DNA of 64,000 nucleotides from a virus. Below the pieces are notes generated by a model. That model did not search any database, was not told where the DNA came from, and was given only the letters and a program-made list of their open reading frames with translations. The stretch covers positions 32,001-96,000 of the IMG/VR virus record IMGVR_UViG_3300048930_000192, one strand, 5' to 3'. This document shows, piece by piece, positions 50,952 through 61,906 of this stretch (the stretch's first letter is position 1; each line of letters begins with the position of its first letter). Made by a program: the position numbers and the translations under genes.

Positions 50952-51533
50952 ATGACGACCGCCAATGCTCTGCCGTTTGCCCCCGTCACCCCCGGGGCGC
51001 CCAAGACCGCCAAGCCCGCTGCCCCGAGTGGCGTGACCTACGGGGACAAGATCAATGCTGCCTTCGCGCTTGAGATTGCCCGCACCGTGGGCTTCGACCC
51101 GTTCGACGTCGCCGCTCGCCCGACCTACTTCACCCGCCCGCAGATGTTCCGCATCGCGCTCGAAAACGGGGCCAAGTGGTTTCTCGACTACTACCGCAAG
51201 CAAAAGAGTGGCAAGGGCCTGGGCAAGCTGATCGCGCAGACGGGGCAAGACTGGTACACCCCCGAATTGTTCAGCGACCCCAAGTTCTACTCCCGCTTTG
51301 GCGTCAAGCTGGGCAAGCCGAATCATGTGAGCAACAAGCACACCAAGAATGGCGTCTGCGTCGACCCGACCCGCCCGTGCCTGCCCAACGGGACCAAATG
51401 CTACGACGCCGTCGTGCTCTGGGAATCGCTTGACCGCGTGCGTGAAAAGATGGGCGAAGTTCACTACCTCGCCATGTGCGACCGCAAGCCGTTCGATGCC
51501 GCGACCGACGAAGAAACCGAAGATTCCGAGTAA
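50952..51533 (+). CDS. GC-rich early protein, paralog of 52967-53644
   Basis: GGAG RBS; shared RP.Y.TRPQM, SRFG..GKP.HVS, VDP..P.LP.GTK.YD...LW.SLDRV. Confidence 0.85.
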   Translation: MTTANALPFAPVTPGAPKTAKPAAPSGVTYGDKINAAFALEIARTVGFDPFDVAARPTYFTRPQMFRIALENGAKWFLDYYRKQKSGKGLGKLIAQTGQDWYTPELFSDPKFYSRFGVKLGKPNHVSNKHTKNGVCVDPTRPCLPNGTKCYDAVVLWESLDRVREKMGEVHYLAMCDRKPFDAATDEETEDSE

Positions 51534-51563
51534 ACCCATCGTCACGACAATCTGAGATAGACC

Positions 51564-51591
51564 CAAGGGGCTGGATCAATCCAGCCCCTTG
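51564..51591 (+). terminator. Terminator hairpin
   Basis: CAAGGGGCTGGAT-ca-ATCCAGCCCCTTG then TTT. Confidence 0.8.
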
Positions 51592-51752
51592 TTTCGGTAC
51601 ATTATCCCAAACATCGCGTCCGGCATTATAGGGGTGTGGTATGATGGTGTCAAGTGCATTAGTGAAAATTAATGTTACCGTATGGCGGACACGAGGTTAG
51701 TAAGTACTTACTAACAGATATCTGAGATAATAAAATAAAATGCACTATACAC

Positions 51753-51781
51753 TTGACATCGACTAGGTAACATGCTATACT
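51753..51781 (+). promoter_or_regulatory. Early sigma70 promoter
   Basis: TTGACA-17-TATACT. Confidence 0.88.
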
Positions 51782-51820
51782 TATGTGTCGAGTGGATCAT
51801 CTATCACAAAGGGGCTCAAA

Positions 51821-52634
51821 ATGAGCAATTGCATCCAGCCGCGTGGCAATTTCTGTCAGGGTGTCATCTTGGATCCTTCCATGTTCACTGGGCTCCTTGC
51901 CGTCGAAGATGCCGAGGGCAACAAAATCTTCCGATCCACTCGTGATGGCTGGGTCCTCAAGATGGGCAGAATAACCACATGGCGTGGGTTTCGTTGCTTT
52001 CTCTGGAACCATGTGCAACCGTTCGTCAATCAGCCGCGCGTCAAGATCCCAACCCTGATCGCCGACGAGGCTGATGAGTTTGCCGAGGCATTCACTGCCA
52101 CCGTGCACCTATTTCCACCTGGGACCAAGAGCGCAGACGTGGCTGATTGGACCAAGATTTTCCCCTGACCAGACCAAATGGAGATATGACCATGACCGAT
52201 AACCTCAAGACCGTCACCCGGAACCTTCTGATGTCTGCCCTCATGTGTGATGAGGGTGTGACCAAAGAAGTGTTCGACCGCCTTCTGGAACTCGCCGAAG
52301 AGGTGTTTGGCACGCCGGGTGCTCATGTGCTCGCGATGTACGTGGATGCCACCGATGATTGTTTCTATGTCGCGGAACACAAGGTGTCTGCCTTCATGAT
52401 CGACGTGGCTAATCTGATCTGATCACCAGACCCAATGGAGATATGACCATGACCAAGATCATTGTGACCGTGACCGACAACGAGAACCCAGAGTGTGAGC
52501 CTGCTACCTATGAGGCGCTCGTGGAAACCGGACTTTCTCCTGAAACCCAGGAAATGATCGTTCGTGGGATCCTTTTCGCCCATTCCTGGGCAGATTCTGC
52601 TGGCATCGACTATACCTGGTCCTACGACGGATAA
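51821..52634 (+). CDS. Three small early genes (51821-52168, 52186-52422, 52443-52634)
   Basis: Good RBSs, GC-rich third positions. Confidence 0.7.
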
Positions 52635-52650
52635 CCCGACCTTTCAAATG

Positions 52651-52699
52651 CGCCGATAGAACCGTGAATGGTGTGTTGCCATTCACGGTTCTATCGGCG
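52651..52699 (+). terminator. Long terminator hairpin (~21-bp stem)
   Basis: CGCCGATAGAACCGTGAATGG...CCATTCACGGTTCTATCGGCG then TGTTTTT. Confidence 0.85.
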
Positions 52700-52863
52700 T
52701 GTTTTTAGGCTCATCCGTAAACCTCGTGTCCGGCATTATAGTATATAGGTAGTGTAAAGTCAAGTATGGTATGTAAAATTGATGTTACCATGATGGCGGA
52801 CGCGATGTTAGTACTTACTAACTAACCTGTATCTGAGATAATCACAAAAAGAGCGATATACAC

Positions 52864-52892
52864 TTGACGTCTTCTAGCCTACGCGCTATCAT
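52864..52892 (+). promoter_or_regulatory. Early sigma70 promoter
   Basis: TTGACG-17-TATCAT. Confidence 0.8.
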
Positions 52893-52966
52893 TCACTGTC
52901 AACTGCAACTGTCGCGCGTCGCGTCGATCGCAAGTTGAAAATTACCCACGAAAGGGGTAAAGTATC

Positions 52967-53644
52967 ATGACCGAGAATAACAACGCCGTTGCCACCACTC
53001 CTGCCACCGCCGCCAAGAAGGGCCGCAAGCCCAAGAATGCCGCTGCCTTGCCTGATGTGCCGCCTGCCCCTGTCGCGCCTGGCGCCGCGACGCCCGAGAC
53101 CCCGATCAGCAAGCCCGCCAACGTGTCGCGTCGTGACCGTACCAATGCGGGATTCGTGCTCGACCTGTGCATGATCACTGGCACTGACCCGACCGACATC
53201 GCCAATCGCCCGCAGTATATGACCCGCCCGCAGATGGAAGCCGTTGCCATCTCGAATCGTGAGCCGTGGTACGTGAATATGTGGAACAAGCAGAAGACCA
53301 CCAAGCACCGCGACAAGACCATCGCCAAGACGCATGCCAACTGGTTCGACGAAGCCATGCTCGTCGATGGCAAGAAGTTCAGCCGATTCGGGATCGTGTG
53401 TGGCAAGCCGGGCCACGTGAGTTATGCCACTGTTCATGCCGGGGTGATGGTCGACCCCAAGGGCCCGACCCTGCCCGACGGGACCAAGCAGTACGACATC
53501 ACCCAACTCTGGGATTCTCTCGACCGAGTGATCGCTGCCTACCCCGCGGGGACCTATGCCGAACTGAGCCAGCGCAAGCCCGTTGTCGCTGATGACTCGA
53601 CCGATGAGTCTGACACCGAGACCAACGACGAGACCGCCGACTAA
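52967..53644 (+). CDS. GC-rich early protein, paralog of 50952-51533
   Basis: Shared motifs, Ala/Pro/Lys N-tail, acidic C-tail. Confidence 0.85.
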   Translation: MTENNNAVATTPATAAKKGRKPKNAAALPDVPPAPVAPGAATPETPISKPANVSRRDRTNAGFVLDLCMITGTDPTDIANRPQYMTRPQMEAVAISNREPWYVNMWNKQKTTKHRDKTIAKTHANWFDEAMLVDGKKFSRFGIVCGKPGHVSYATVHAGVMVDPKGPTLPDGTKQYDITQLWDSLDRVIAAYPAGTYAELSQRKPVVADDSTDESDTETNDETAD

Positions 53645-53674
53645 ACCCGACAACCCGACATCCTGAATCACCAC

Positions 53675-53700
53675 GAGGGGCTGGATCGATCCAGCCCCTC
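53675..53700 (+). terminator. Terminator (perfect 26-bp palindrome)
   Basis: GAGGGGCTGGATCGATCCAGCCCCTC then TTT; near-identical to 51564. Confidence 0.8.
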
Positions 53701-53841
53701 TTTCGGGTACATATACTAACCTCGTGTCCGGCATTATAGTATATAGGTAGTGTAAAGTCAAGTATGGTATGTAAAATTGATGTTACCATGATGGCGGACA
53801 CGAGGTCTATGGTTACCGATAAAATAATCGTGTGTGTAGAC

Positions 53842-53870
53842 TTGACATCATGTTGCCATAACGCTAGAAT
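53842..53870 (+). promoter_or_regulatory. Early sigma70 promoter
   Basis: TTGACA-17-TAGAAT. Confidence 0.85.
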
Positions 53871-53912
53871 AACTGTCGCGCATTGTCTCTCACATACACT
53901 GGAGATCGCCGC

Positions 53913-54401
53913 ATGGGCTACCGTGATCCTCGCCGTTTCGTGATTGCCGTCACCAACGTCAATGGCCGCAAGGACTACTATGCGGGTAGCCGTGATGGCC
54001 AACCCACATGGTCGAATGACCTGATCGACGCCTTCCAGTTTCGTGGCGAAACGGAACTGGATGCTGCAATCCTGCTCGCCAAGAAGCTTGGTGCCAGGGT
54101 CTATCAGCGTGGCGTGATGGTCGAGTGTTGGTAAGCAATTTCATCCATCTCACGCAACCACTCAAGGAGTATCATCATGGCTACCGTAAAGTCGGACCTG
54201 ACCGCCGCCCGTAGGTACCTGATCGAGGCCTATAAGGCTATCAAAGATGCCAGAACCCACTGTGATGGTGTCGTGGATGTTGAAGGCATCCACTACCATG
54301 ATATCACCAAAATCATGGACCAAGTCGATACCGTCGCTCGGATTTGCAAGGTCGAGCTGGATCGTCTGGATAAGGGTATTTTGACGTCCAAGGAATCCTG
54401 A
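53913..54401 (+). CDS. Two small early genes (53913-54134, 54177-54401)
   Basis: GGAG RBS before each ATG. Confidence 0.7.
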
Positions 54402-54441
54402 TATTTTCCGCTGTTTTCCGTAATTGTCGTCAAAAATCACG

Positions 54442-54531
54442 AAAAAACTGCATTTGGACAGCCAGGATGCAGTTTATTTTGATGGATTTACGCTCCAAAA
54501 AAACTGCATTTGGACAGCCAGGATGCAGTTT
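54442..54531. repeat. Two 34-bp palindromic direct repeats with a 22-nt spacer
   Basis: AAAAAACTGCATTTGGACAGCCAGGATGCAGTTT at 54442 and 54498. Confidence 0.85.
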
Positions 54532-54792
54532 TTCACGAAAACACGTGTTTTTTGCATTTACCCCTGCTCCGCTACAGGCCAGCCCTTACCAAACATCAAA
54601 AAACTCGCGTCCTTTTGGAAATACGTGGCAATAGGTCTATAATTTTACCTCGTGTTCGGCATGTTATGTGTATGGTGTATGATAGTCAAGTATGGTCTAA
54701 AATATTAATGTTACCAATTGATGTATAATGGTAGCGCCAATGGTGGCGAACACGAGGTATGCCATTGGTATAATATATTCGTGTGCGTACAC

Positions 54793-54821
54793 TTGACTAT
54801 GATATGCCAATCGTCTAAAAT
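54793..54821 (+). promoter_or_regulatory. Early sigma70 promoter
   Basis: TTGACT-17-TAAAAT. Confidence 0.85.
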
Positions 54822-54863
54822 AACTGTCGCGCATTCTCTCACACGATCATTGGAGTATCCACA

Positions 54864-56645
54864 ATGACAGAGCAAGACTTCAACCAGTTGCCAGACCACA
54901 TCAAGAATGCACTCAAGGAAGCCAACATCGTGGCCATGTGCACCCACCACCGATTGAACACCGACAATAGTGGTGTGATGGGCACCACCGAAGTCCATGT
55001 TGATGCCGGTTGCTATATGCACAACACGGAACTCAAAAAGTTGGTACAATGCAATGGTTTCGTGAAAATCTGCCCGTACTATATTGGCACAACGCCATCA
55101 TTGAAACTGGTCTTTTGGACCGTGGTATAAAGGAAACCACCGAAAATGAGCACCACCATCACTCGGCCAATGGTATGGGACGTCTATTACCACGACGACG
55201 ACACCATCACGATGGTAATGGGTATTACCAGTGATAATCGGGTCCATCTGCGGTCGATCAAAAAGTTGACGGATTACGACAACCACTTCGGTTACCATGG
55301 GTTCGACGACGGTGGCCTCATGTCGGTCACCATGGATGAATTCCTACGAGCACTTTCACAGTCCATCATCATCAAGGTCATCAATTTGCAACTGCCATTG
55401 TGATTTTCATGGATTTTCACCATTTTTTTAACATATATAGGCTCTTTTTAGTTTATCCACGGTCCCTATAATGTTAGATTTTTCGTGGTTTCTACGATTT
55501 TTGTAGAAAGGGTAAATGGTATATGATGCAGATTATTGATTGCCATGGCAATCCAGTTGTCAATGGTGATATTGTACAATCACATAGCGGTAAGAAATAT
55601 ACAGCCATGTTCACTGATGGTGGCATTGTTTTAGAACAATCATCTACATGGTTGTATAATCCATCTAAGGGCACAGGATCAAAGCAATACGTTTCTTCTT
55701 CCTATCATCCGATCACCATTTCATTTGAAAACTTCCCCAATACTCAATGGCATAAGGTATAATCAATTTTTTGAAATAGAAAGGGCAAATGGTCCACACA
55801 TGAGCATTATTAAACTGACCGTCAACGGCGCCACCATCACAATCGACCAAACTGCTGATGGTGATACCACCATTGGTGTTAATACACAAGGGCCTACAGT
55901 CAAAACTGAGCCCGACGGTACTCATGCTATCCCAATTGTTGACGGCGGTTACTATACACCCCCTGCACAAACTGATTCAGTTGGTCCGGCATTCAGCCCT
56001 GAGCAACTAGGCAAATTGCGGGAAGTTATTCGAGCAATTGCATACGGTATCATCTATCTTGGTCCTAGTGATGGTTCAGTCGAGGACCGGCTTCGGCGCG
56101 ACCGTAAACTTCAAGAGAAGTACCATCTAGAAAAGGATGCCTTAAATTGCCTGTGCAGTTTGGTTGGTGATACTTTTTATTGTGAGACCCTTAAGGATTT
56201 TAAGATTTAAAGGAGATTTCATTTGAATACTGGAAATGTTCCGTCGGGTGATCTAGCAGGCGAATCAGCCAAGATTCTTGAATGGCTACGGTCTAGTACC
56301 CAATCGGCTGGTGATTTTGCCATTACACAGGCACCGTTGGCTGCTCAGGAATTCATTCGATGGGAAATCGTTGGTCATGGCATCACGGCAGGTTTGTATC
56401 TTATCTGTGGTATCGCCATGTTGATATGTGGCATACTTGGCCTCAGGTATTTAATGAGCGACAAAATGAATTGGGAAAAAGGCCCAAACGGCGGTTTCGC
56501 CGTGTCTGCGGTCGGTTGTATTCTTGGTTTCGCTGCGATGGTTGGTGTGTTGCCATCTGGCATCAGCGAGGCAAAGCAGTCGATCAAGGCATACGTTGCA
56601 CCGCGGGTAGTGATTATTGAGAAAATCAGCGACCTGGTCCGATAA
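54864..56645 (+). CDS. Five small early genes (54864-55130, 55146-55403, 55523-55762, 55800-56210, 56223-56645; last has two TM segments)
   Basis: Co-oriented ORFs with RBSs; no family recognised. Confidence 0.6.
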
Positions 56646-56655
56646 CTTGTTTTTT

Positions 56656-56782
56656 GCTCGGGTATCGTGGATATGGCTCACGCACGCCCTAACCGGCGTG
56701 AAGGGGTTGGCCCCCTGCGGGCGAAAGCCTTAATGACGGTTCGAATCCGTTGGTATAGTCGGTTCGAATCCGACCCCGAGCG
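56656..56782 (+). ncRNA. tRNA-like RNA (127 nt) with expanded variable region and two T-arms
   Basis: Acceptor GCTCGGG/CCCGAGC, D-arm CGTG/CACG, ACGCC/GGCGT arm, two GGTTCGAATCC T-loops. Confidence 0.75.
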
Positions 56783-56815
56783 TTTTGACCCCTGTTTATA
56801 GATGGAATATGGCAT

Positions 56816-57534
56816 ATGAAAAGAGAAGATCTCCTAGCTTTACTTGTTAATCGGTTATCGTCTGATTTTATTATTACTGATGTTGGTCACGGTTGGTCTA
56901 ATAAGGTGATAACAGTTAAATCTGGCACCAATCAAGTAAACCTATGGGTCGATGAAACTGGTATACGCATTGTGTGTATGTGCCCAAACCCGAAAGAATC
57001 TGGTGGATGTAATAAAGTTGTTTTACCAGAAAATGTAATCGACACCATTATTTCTCTTAAAGGGCATAAATGCATGCCTTGGGGTGGGTGATTTGTATAT
57101 ATGACTGATACTAACCAACAGCCAAATAACAGGGCATTAACTCTTGAATCTATTAATAGGTCAGGATTATACACCTATTATGACGGTTGGCTAGAATATT
57201 TTGAAGGTACGCGGTGTACCATGCTTTTAACTGCCATTGGATCATACAGAAAGCATGGCCTCAATTCTTTTGTTGACAGATCCGGTCTACCCCAACAGGA
57301 ATTCCAAATATGACCAGATACACAAAGATAGTTGACACCATCGGCAATCCGATGTGTTTGTGTGCTTATATCGACCAGCACCAATTTTGCTTCTATCACA
57401 ATACTGCATGCACCATCGGCCCATTCTATTACCCAGCGGAAAACAGGCTTAGCACAGAAATTGACATTGGCCTAGCCGAATACACAGACCTTTTGATTGA
57501 AATATTACAATCAGCCAAGGCGGCCAAACTGTAA
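56816..57534 (+). CDS. Three small genes (56816-57091, 57101-57313, 57310-57534)
   Basis: Co-oriented chain of ORFs. Confidence 0.55.
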
Positions 57535-57658
57535 TTTTATTCGGCATCAAATTTCTTTAACGACAGTCTTGACAGTGATTTGCCATACGTCTACAATCAC
57601 ATGAGTGGGGCGATTCTTGTATGATTCTCACTCACCCCCCCTTATGGAGTACCTTGAA

Positions 57659-57967
57659 ATGACAACCACTCAACGCAAGGTTTGGACTCGTGACGAAATC
57701 AAGGCTCAGATCCTCACCGATGATCGTTGGGTCGAACGTGCCATCGTGGCCATCTACAACAAGCAAACCAGTCACGAACAGGCAATCGGATCGACCACGG
57801 TCCATAACGGTGTTGGCTTTGCTCACTGTCACGCCAATCTTGGATCCTATTATGCCCGTTGGATCCAGAGTGGCAAGATGCTCAGTGGCCATCATGTGGC
57901 CAAAGCTCGCAAGATTGCCCTTCGATACGTCGGGCAACTGGCCAAGATCGCAAACGGTGAGATCTAA
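57659..57967 (+). CDS. Conserved phage hypothetical protein
   Basis: RAIVAIYNKQT..EQ..T.VHNGVGF..LS..ARKI..RY..QL pattern; GGAG RBS. Confidence 0.7.
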   Translation: MTTTQRKVWTRDEIKAQILTDDRWVERAIVAIYNKQTSHEQAIGSTTVHNGVGFAHCHANLGSYYARWIQSGKMLSGHHVAKARKIALRYVGQLAKIANGEI

Positions 57968-57980
57968 AAGGAGATACACG

Positions 57981-58699
57981 ATGACGGCGAATTGGGATAA
58001 GCTGTGGGCGGCTGTGGCCGTCGCGTCGTTCATGGCGATGTGGGCACTGCCCTTGATGCTAGTGTTGTTAGCATGGGCGCTGCGCATGGAGTCGATTCGC
58101 GACCAGGATCGAGATTCGCTGGTCCGCGAATCGAACGGTCTATTGCGCGGAGCAGCATATGCGCTCATGGCCCTGTTGGTACTGATAGTGTTGCACATAC
58201 TTTATGGAAACTAGATATAGCCTGCCGCACTAATATTTTAACGTTATAGCTTGACAGTGAGTTGCCGTACGTCTACAATTGATTGGCGTTCGATGCACAA
58301 ATGAATTTTCCGCCTCTCACTCACAAAGGAATCAGCACCATGACCATCACCACTCACAATGATCTGATCGCACGGCTCAAGGCCAACTACCCCGACGAAT
58401 CGTTGGACGGTGAGTTTCTTGCGCCGGGTGTTGCTTTGGCCAACAAGCTCATTAGCTGCCATACTGTGGCCGACAACTACGAATCTTCGACCACGATCTT
58501 TGCCTTTAATCCCGAAACCACTGATGCAGAGATTCGTGACATTGCCAAGATGTGCCACTTTGATCCAGATGGATCCAGTTGCAGGTGCAGTCACGATTGC
58601 TGTGGCCACTGGTTTCATGGCGCCATCCGAATCGTTGATAACACCAGTCACCCTGCGTTTTTTCGGTTCGCCTATATCTATGGGCACAGAAATGTCTAA
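57981..58699 (+). CDS. Two small genes (57981-58214 membrane protein; 58340-58699 Cys-rich CRCSHDCCG)
   Basis: AGGAG/AGGA RBSs. Confidence 0.6.
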
Positions 58700-59151
58700 T
58701 ACAGCAACTCGCGCAATCAATCCCGAGTCAATTACACACACCGTTGGTGATGTGGGCATCTTTATGGCCACCTACGACGGGAGTGTGCGTATGCGGAACG
58801 ATCATGGCTCATATTATACCTATCTCACTCTTTATGCGGTAACTGATTTCAATATGGCCGGTTCATATCGTCCAAGTCATCGAAGCTTTGTGACCGACGA
58901 CGGAGAAATCCTAAATGATTTCTAATACAGCCACTCGCGCAATCAATCCCGACTCAATTGCACGCACCATTGGTGATGTGGGCATCTTTATAGCCACATA
59001 CGACGGGTATGTGTATATGAAAACCGATCGCGGCGCATATTACAATTACATCACTCTTTATGCGGCATCTCGTTCCAGCATGGCAGGCGCATATAATCCA
59101 AAACATCGAATCTATGTAACCGATGACGGAGAAATCCTAAATGATTTCTAA
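58692..59151 (+). CDS. Tandem duplicated microprotein genes (58692-58925, 58915-59151)
   Basis: SNTATRAINP.SI..T.GDVGIF.ATYDG...VTDDGEILNDF in both; DNA-level repeat. Confidence 0.8.
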
Positions 59152-61461
59152 GAACAGGCAACAGCCAATGTTTGTTGCCAGTAACAAATCACCAACACCG
59201 TATCGTCTGATTGATATTAGTCAGGCTCAGGCAATGGCCGGCGATACGCCGTTGCCATTGCCCGGTTGCCGAACGGCGATCAATGTTCGCAAAACTAGAA
59301 CCAGAGGCTGGCTTTATCATTTACCTTCAACCGGTACTTTCTTGTTTACCACATCAAACGAACACCGTATGATTCATGGTACTACTCAAATTATCACAAA
59401 GGCACAAACGCCAAACAAATTGCCACGAGAAGAAGCTCGGTTGCCTGCATATGTTGGCGGCCATTATCGGCCGCGATGGGATGCCGACCGCGAGGTTTGA
59501 CGGTGCATTACATTTTGACGATATCACTTGACGATGACTTACCATACGTCTACAATTGATTGGCTCTCGTTGTCTTTTCAAGAAAGGTTGATACAAGCCA
59601 TGAAGATCGTCAAGACGCATAATGCCAAGATGGGTATGGTATATCAACTGATTGCCATGGACCACAAGATTCCTAGTGCATGTGTATGGTCAACCAATGA
59701 TGGGCAACGAGTTGCCCTTTGTCTGATGCGCAAGGATCGGCATGGTGAAATGGCAATTTCTCGCATGATGAGTTGGCGAGAAAAGATGAGTTGGATCATG
59801 TTGGTGTGTTACGACATTGAGAACGTGGCCAAGGCGTTGGATATTAAGCCGATTAAGGTTTGATAGCCAACCATCTGAATTTTCCTCAAAAGAAAGGTAT
59901 CATCACAATGATTAGGCAATACAAGGTTTCTAGCAATGCCCCGGGCTTCGTTGAAAAGTATCTGTGGTCTAGTTTCTACGTGGCCGAATTGGTCAAGACC
60001 ATCCCAGATGGCTATACGGTCGATATCGAATACGAAGATCGGCCGATCTTGTCGGGCATCATCGGCCAGATGACGTTGCCGACGATCGCAACCTTGTATC
60101 GAGCCGTTGCAGTTGATCCGACTGTGTTGCCTGTGGTGACAGACGATGAGCCGTGCCAGATCAGCGGCAACGAAGGTGCAGTTCAGGGATAATTGCTTGT
60201 AGGCACATGTGGAACCCTAAAATGGATACTAGATGGGTCAGCCGAACCTTCATTAACTACACCAGTTTCGGTGCCTCAATTACTATGATTTTTTATGATG
60301 GGCATATATCTTCTGGTAGTGTATCGCTTCGCCAAGGCGGGCAATATTATACCAATAATAAGAACTTTTCACCAACAGGAGTAGAATCATGAAGTATTTT
60401 GAACGGGATAGTAAATTCAATTTCGTGGACGCAAACAACGTCTTTGTAGGCTATGACTCACATCAGGATTGCTGTGAGTTGGCTAGCTGGTATTTTTCTT
60501 TCAACCCGGGTGTAATTCCAGTTAGTGATTCAGACCATATTAGTGTTGACGAACTGGATGCATATTCGTTTGACACCGGTTATTTCCGTAAAGAGTTTGA
60601 AGATGAAACTGCAATTGCGGAATTCAAGTTGGTCGCCGCAGGTCTTCCGGATATCTATTTGATTCTTCATAACACCCATAATGGTTATTATGGGCATGGC
60701 TTTAAGTGTGAAATTTCTGGCGAAGTTCTGCGTTCGGGCATTCTGTGATATGGGTGAGTGCCGAGCACGAGGTTGATGTTATAGGCAAGTGATATTTTAA
60801 TGATATCACTTGACAGTGATTTGCCGTACGTCTACAATTAATCGACTGGTCTCACACGCATACTTTATATGGAGTATCACCAGATGCCAATTCGCCTGTC
60901 AACTCCAACCGAATACACTCTTGACATGGGTCGGTCTGATGGGAAGTTTGCTCTCAGGGCAGACAGATGGGAGTTCGCCTTCAACTACAACGGCGAAACC
61001 ATGGCTGTTCAGGTCTTGCATGATGGCATTGAGACCAGATTCAAGATGTTTCACTGGGATCTTGGCGATCGGTTTGAAGTCATCACCAAAGAAATGTTGG
61101 ACCAACGGATCCAAGACGCCATTGACCATGGCGACACTTACGATGGCAAGACGATTGAGGTCGCTGAAACTGCTGGGTATGACGCCATCATGGCAGATGT
61201 TCGCGCGCGATGGACTGCCATTTCATATATCGTTAACCCCAGGTACGCCTATTAATTTGGGAGAGGTGTATGATCCCGGCGAGAGAAATTGGTTACTCCT
61301 GCATGACTTACTATATTGCGGGTAGATGGATCATGACTTTGTATTATTCCGGTGATTTTACGAGGAATGAAATCACACACACAAGTTTTTACAGGTTATT
61401 TGAAAGCGGGGAGTATTGCTACAAAAGTAAATTATTTGACTCAACTGGTGTGGGTAGATAG
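59141..61461 (+). CDS. Small early genes (59141-59500, 59600-59863, 59908-60192, 60207-60392, 60389-60748, 60869-61255, 61270-61461)
   Basis: Co-oriented ORFs behind sigma70 promoters; 60389 has HQDCCE..HNGYYG, a common phage unknown family. Confidence 0.6.
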
Positions 61462-61546
61462 AGGCTGATTAAATTTTGCATATCGACTTGACAGTGATGT
61501 GCCGAAGTTCTATAATTTTGTACGCACTCTCTGGAGATCAAAGACG

Positions 61547-61906
61547 ATGATTAAGATCCTTTTCCTTGACGACGAAGCAGCCAGGTTTGACGTTTTGGTA
61601 AAGAATCTTGGTGATAGTGCCCAATGCCGTCATGTGAAGGACGGGTTTGAATTTCTTGAGGCTCTGTGTGATTCCAAATATGATGTTATCATGTTGGATC
61701 ATGATCTTGGCCTCTGCGATTTCACTGGTGTGGATGCAGCAAAGATTCTTGCCTGCGCACCAGAGAATCTGAATGATCACCAACTGGTAGTTGTTCATAG
61801 CATGAATGTTTGCGGCGCCGACAACATGATTTCACACATGAGGAACTCGCCGCATCTTAGGATTCGCAAGATGCCTGGTGCATGGATGAAGAATTTTCTT
61901 GGATAG
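61547..61906 (+). CDS. Stand-alone receiver-like protein (cyclic-phosphate-processing REC family)
   Basis: ILFLDD..R, IMLDHDLG, TG.D, VVHSMN..GA..M. Confidence 0.8.
   Translation: MIKILFLDDEAARFDVLVKNLGDSAQCRHVKDGFEFLEALCDSKYDVIMLDHDLGLCDFTGVDAAKILACAPENLNDHQLVVVHSMNVCGADNMISHMRNSPHLRIRKMPGAWMKNFLG

Larger units (their letters stand above)
50677..54825. repeat. Five related ~160-200-bp intergenic regulatory cassettes (50677, 51610, 52718, 53714, 54647)
   Basis: Each has a CCTCGTGTCCG-like arm, a leftward sigma70 promoter, a GCGGACACGAGG-like arm and a rightward sigma70 promoter; cassettes 3 and 4 identical over ~80 bp. Confidence 0.9.

Noticed and set aside
50859-54002. Long minus-strand ORFs (50859-51566, 52889-53761, 53499-54002)
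   Set aside because: Antisense shadows of high-GC3 genes; they run through terminators or promoters and lack RBSs
50677-54825. Cassettes as CRISPR repeats, integron attC sites or IS ends
   Set aside because: Spacing ~1 kb with whole genes, embedded promoters, and no cas, integrase or transposase in the window
56656-56782. Canonical tRNA with assignable anticodon (including Sec/Pyl)
   Set aside because: 6-nt loop in the anticodon position, ~55-nt variable region and a second T-arm
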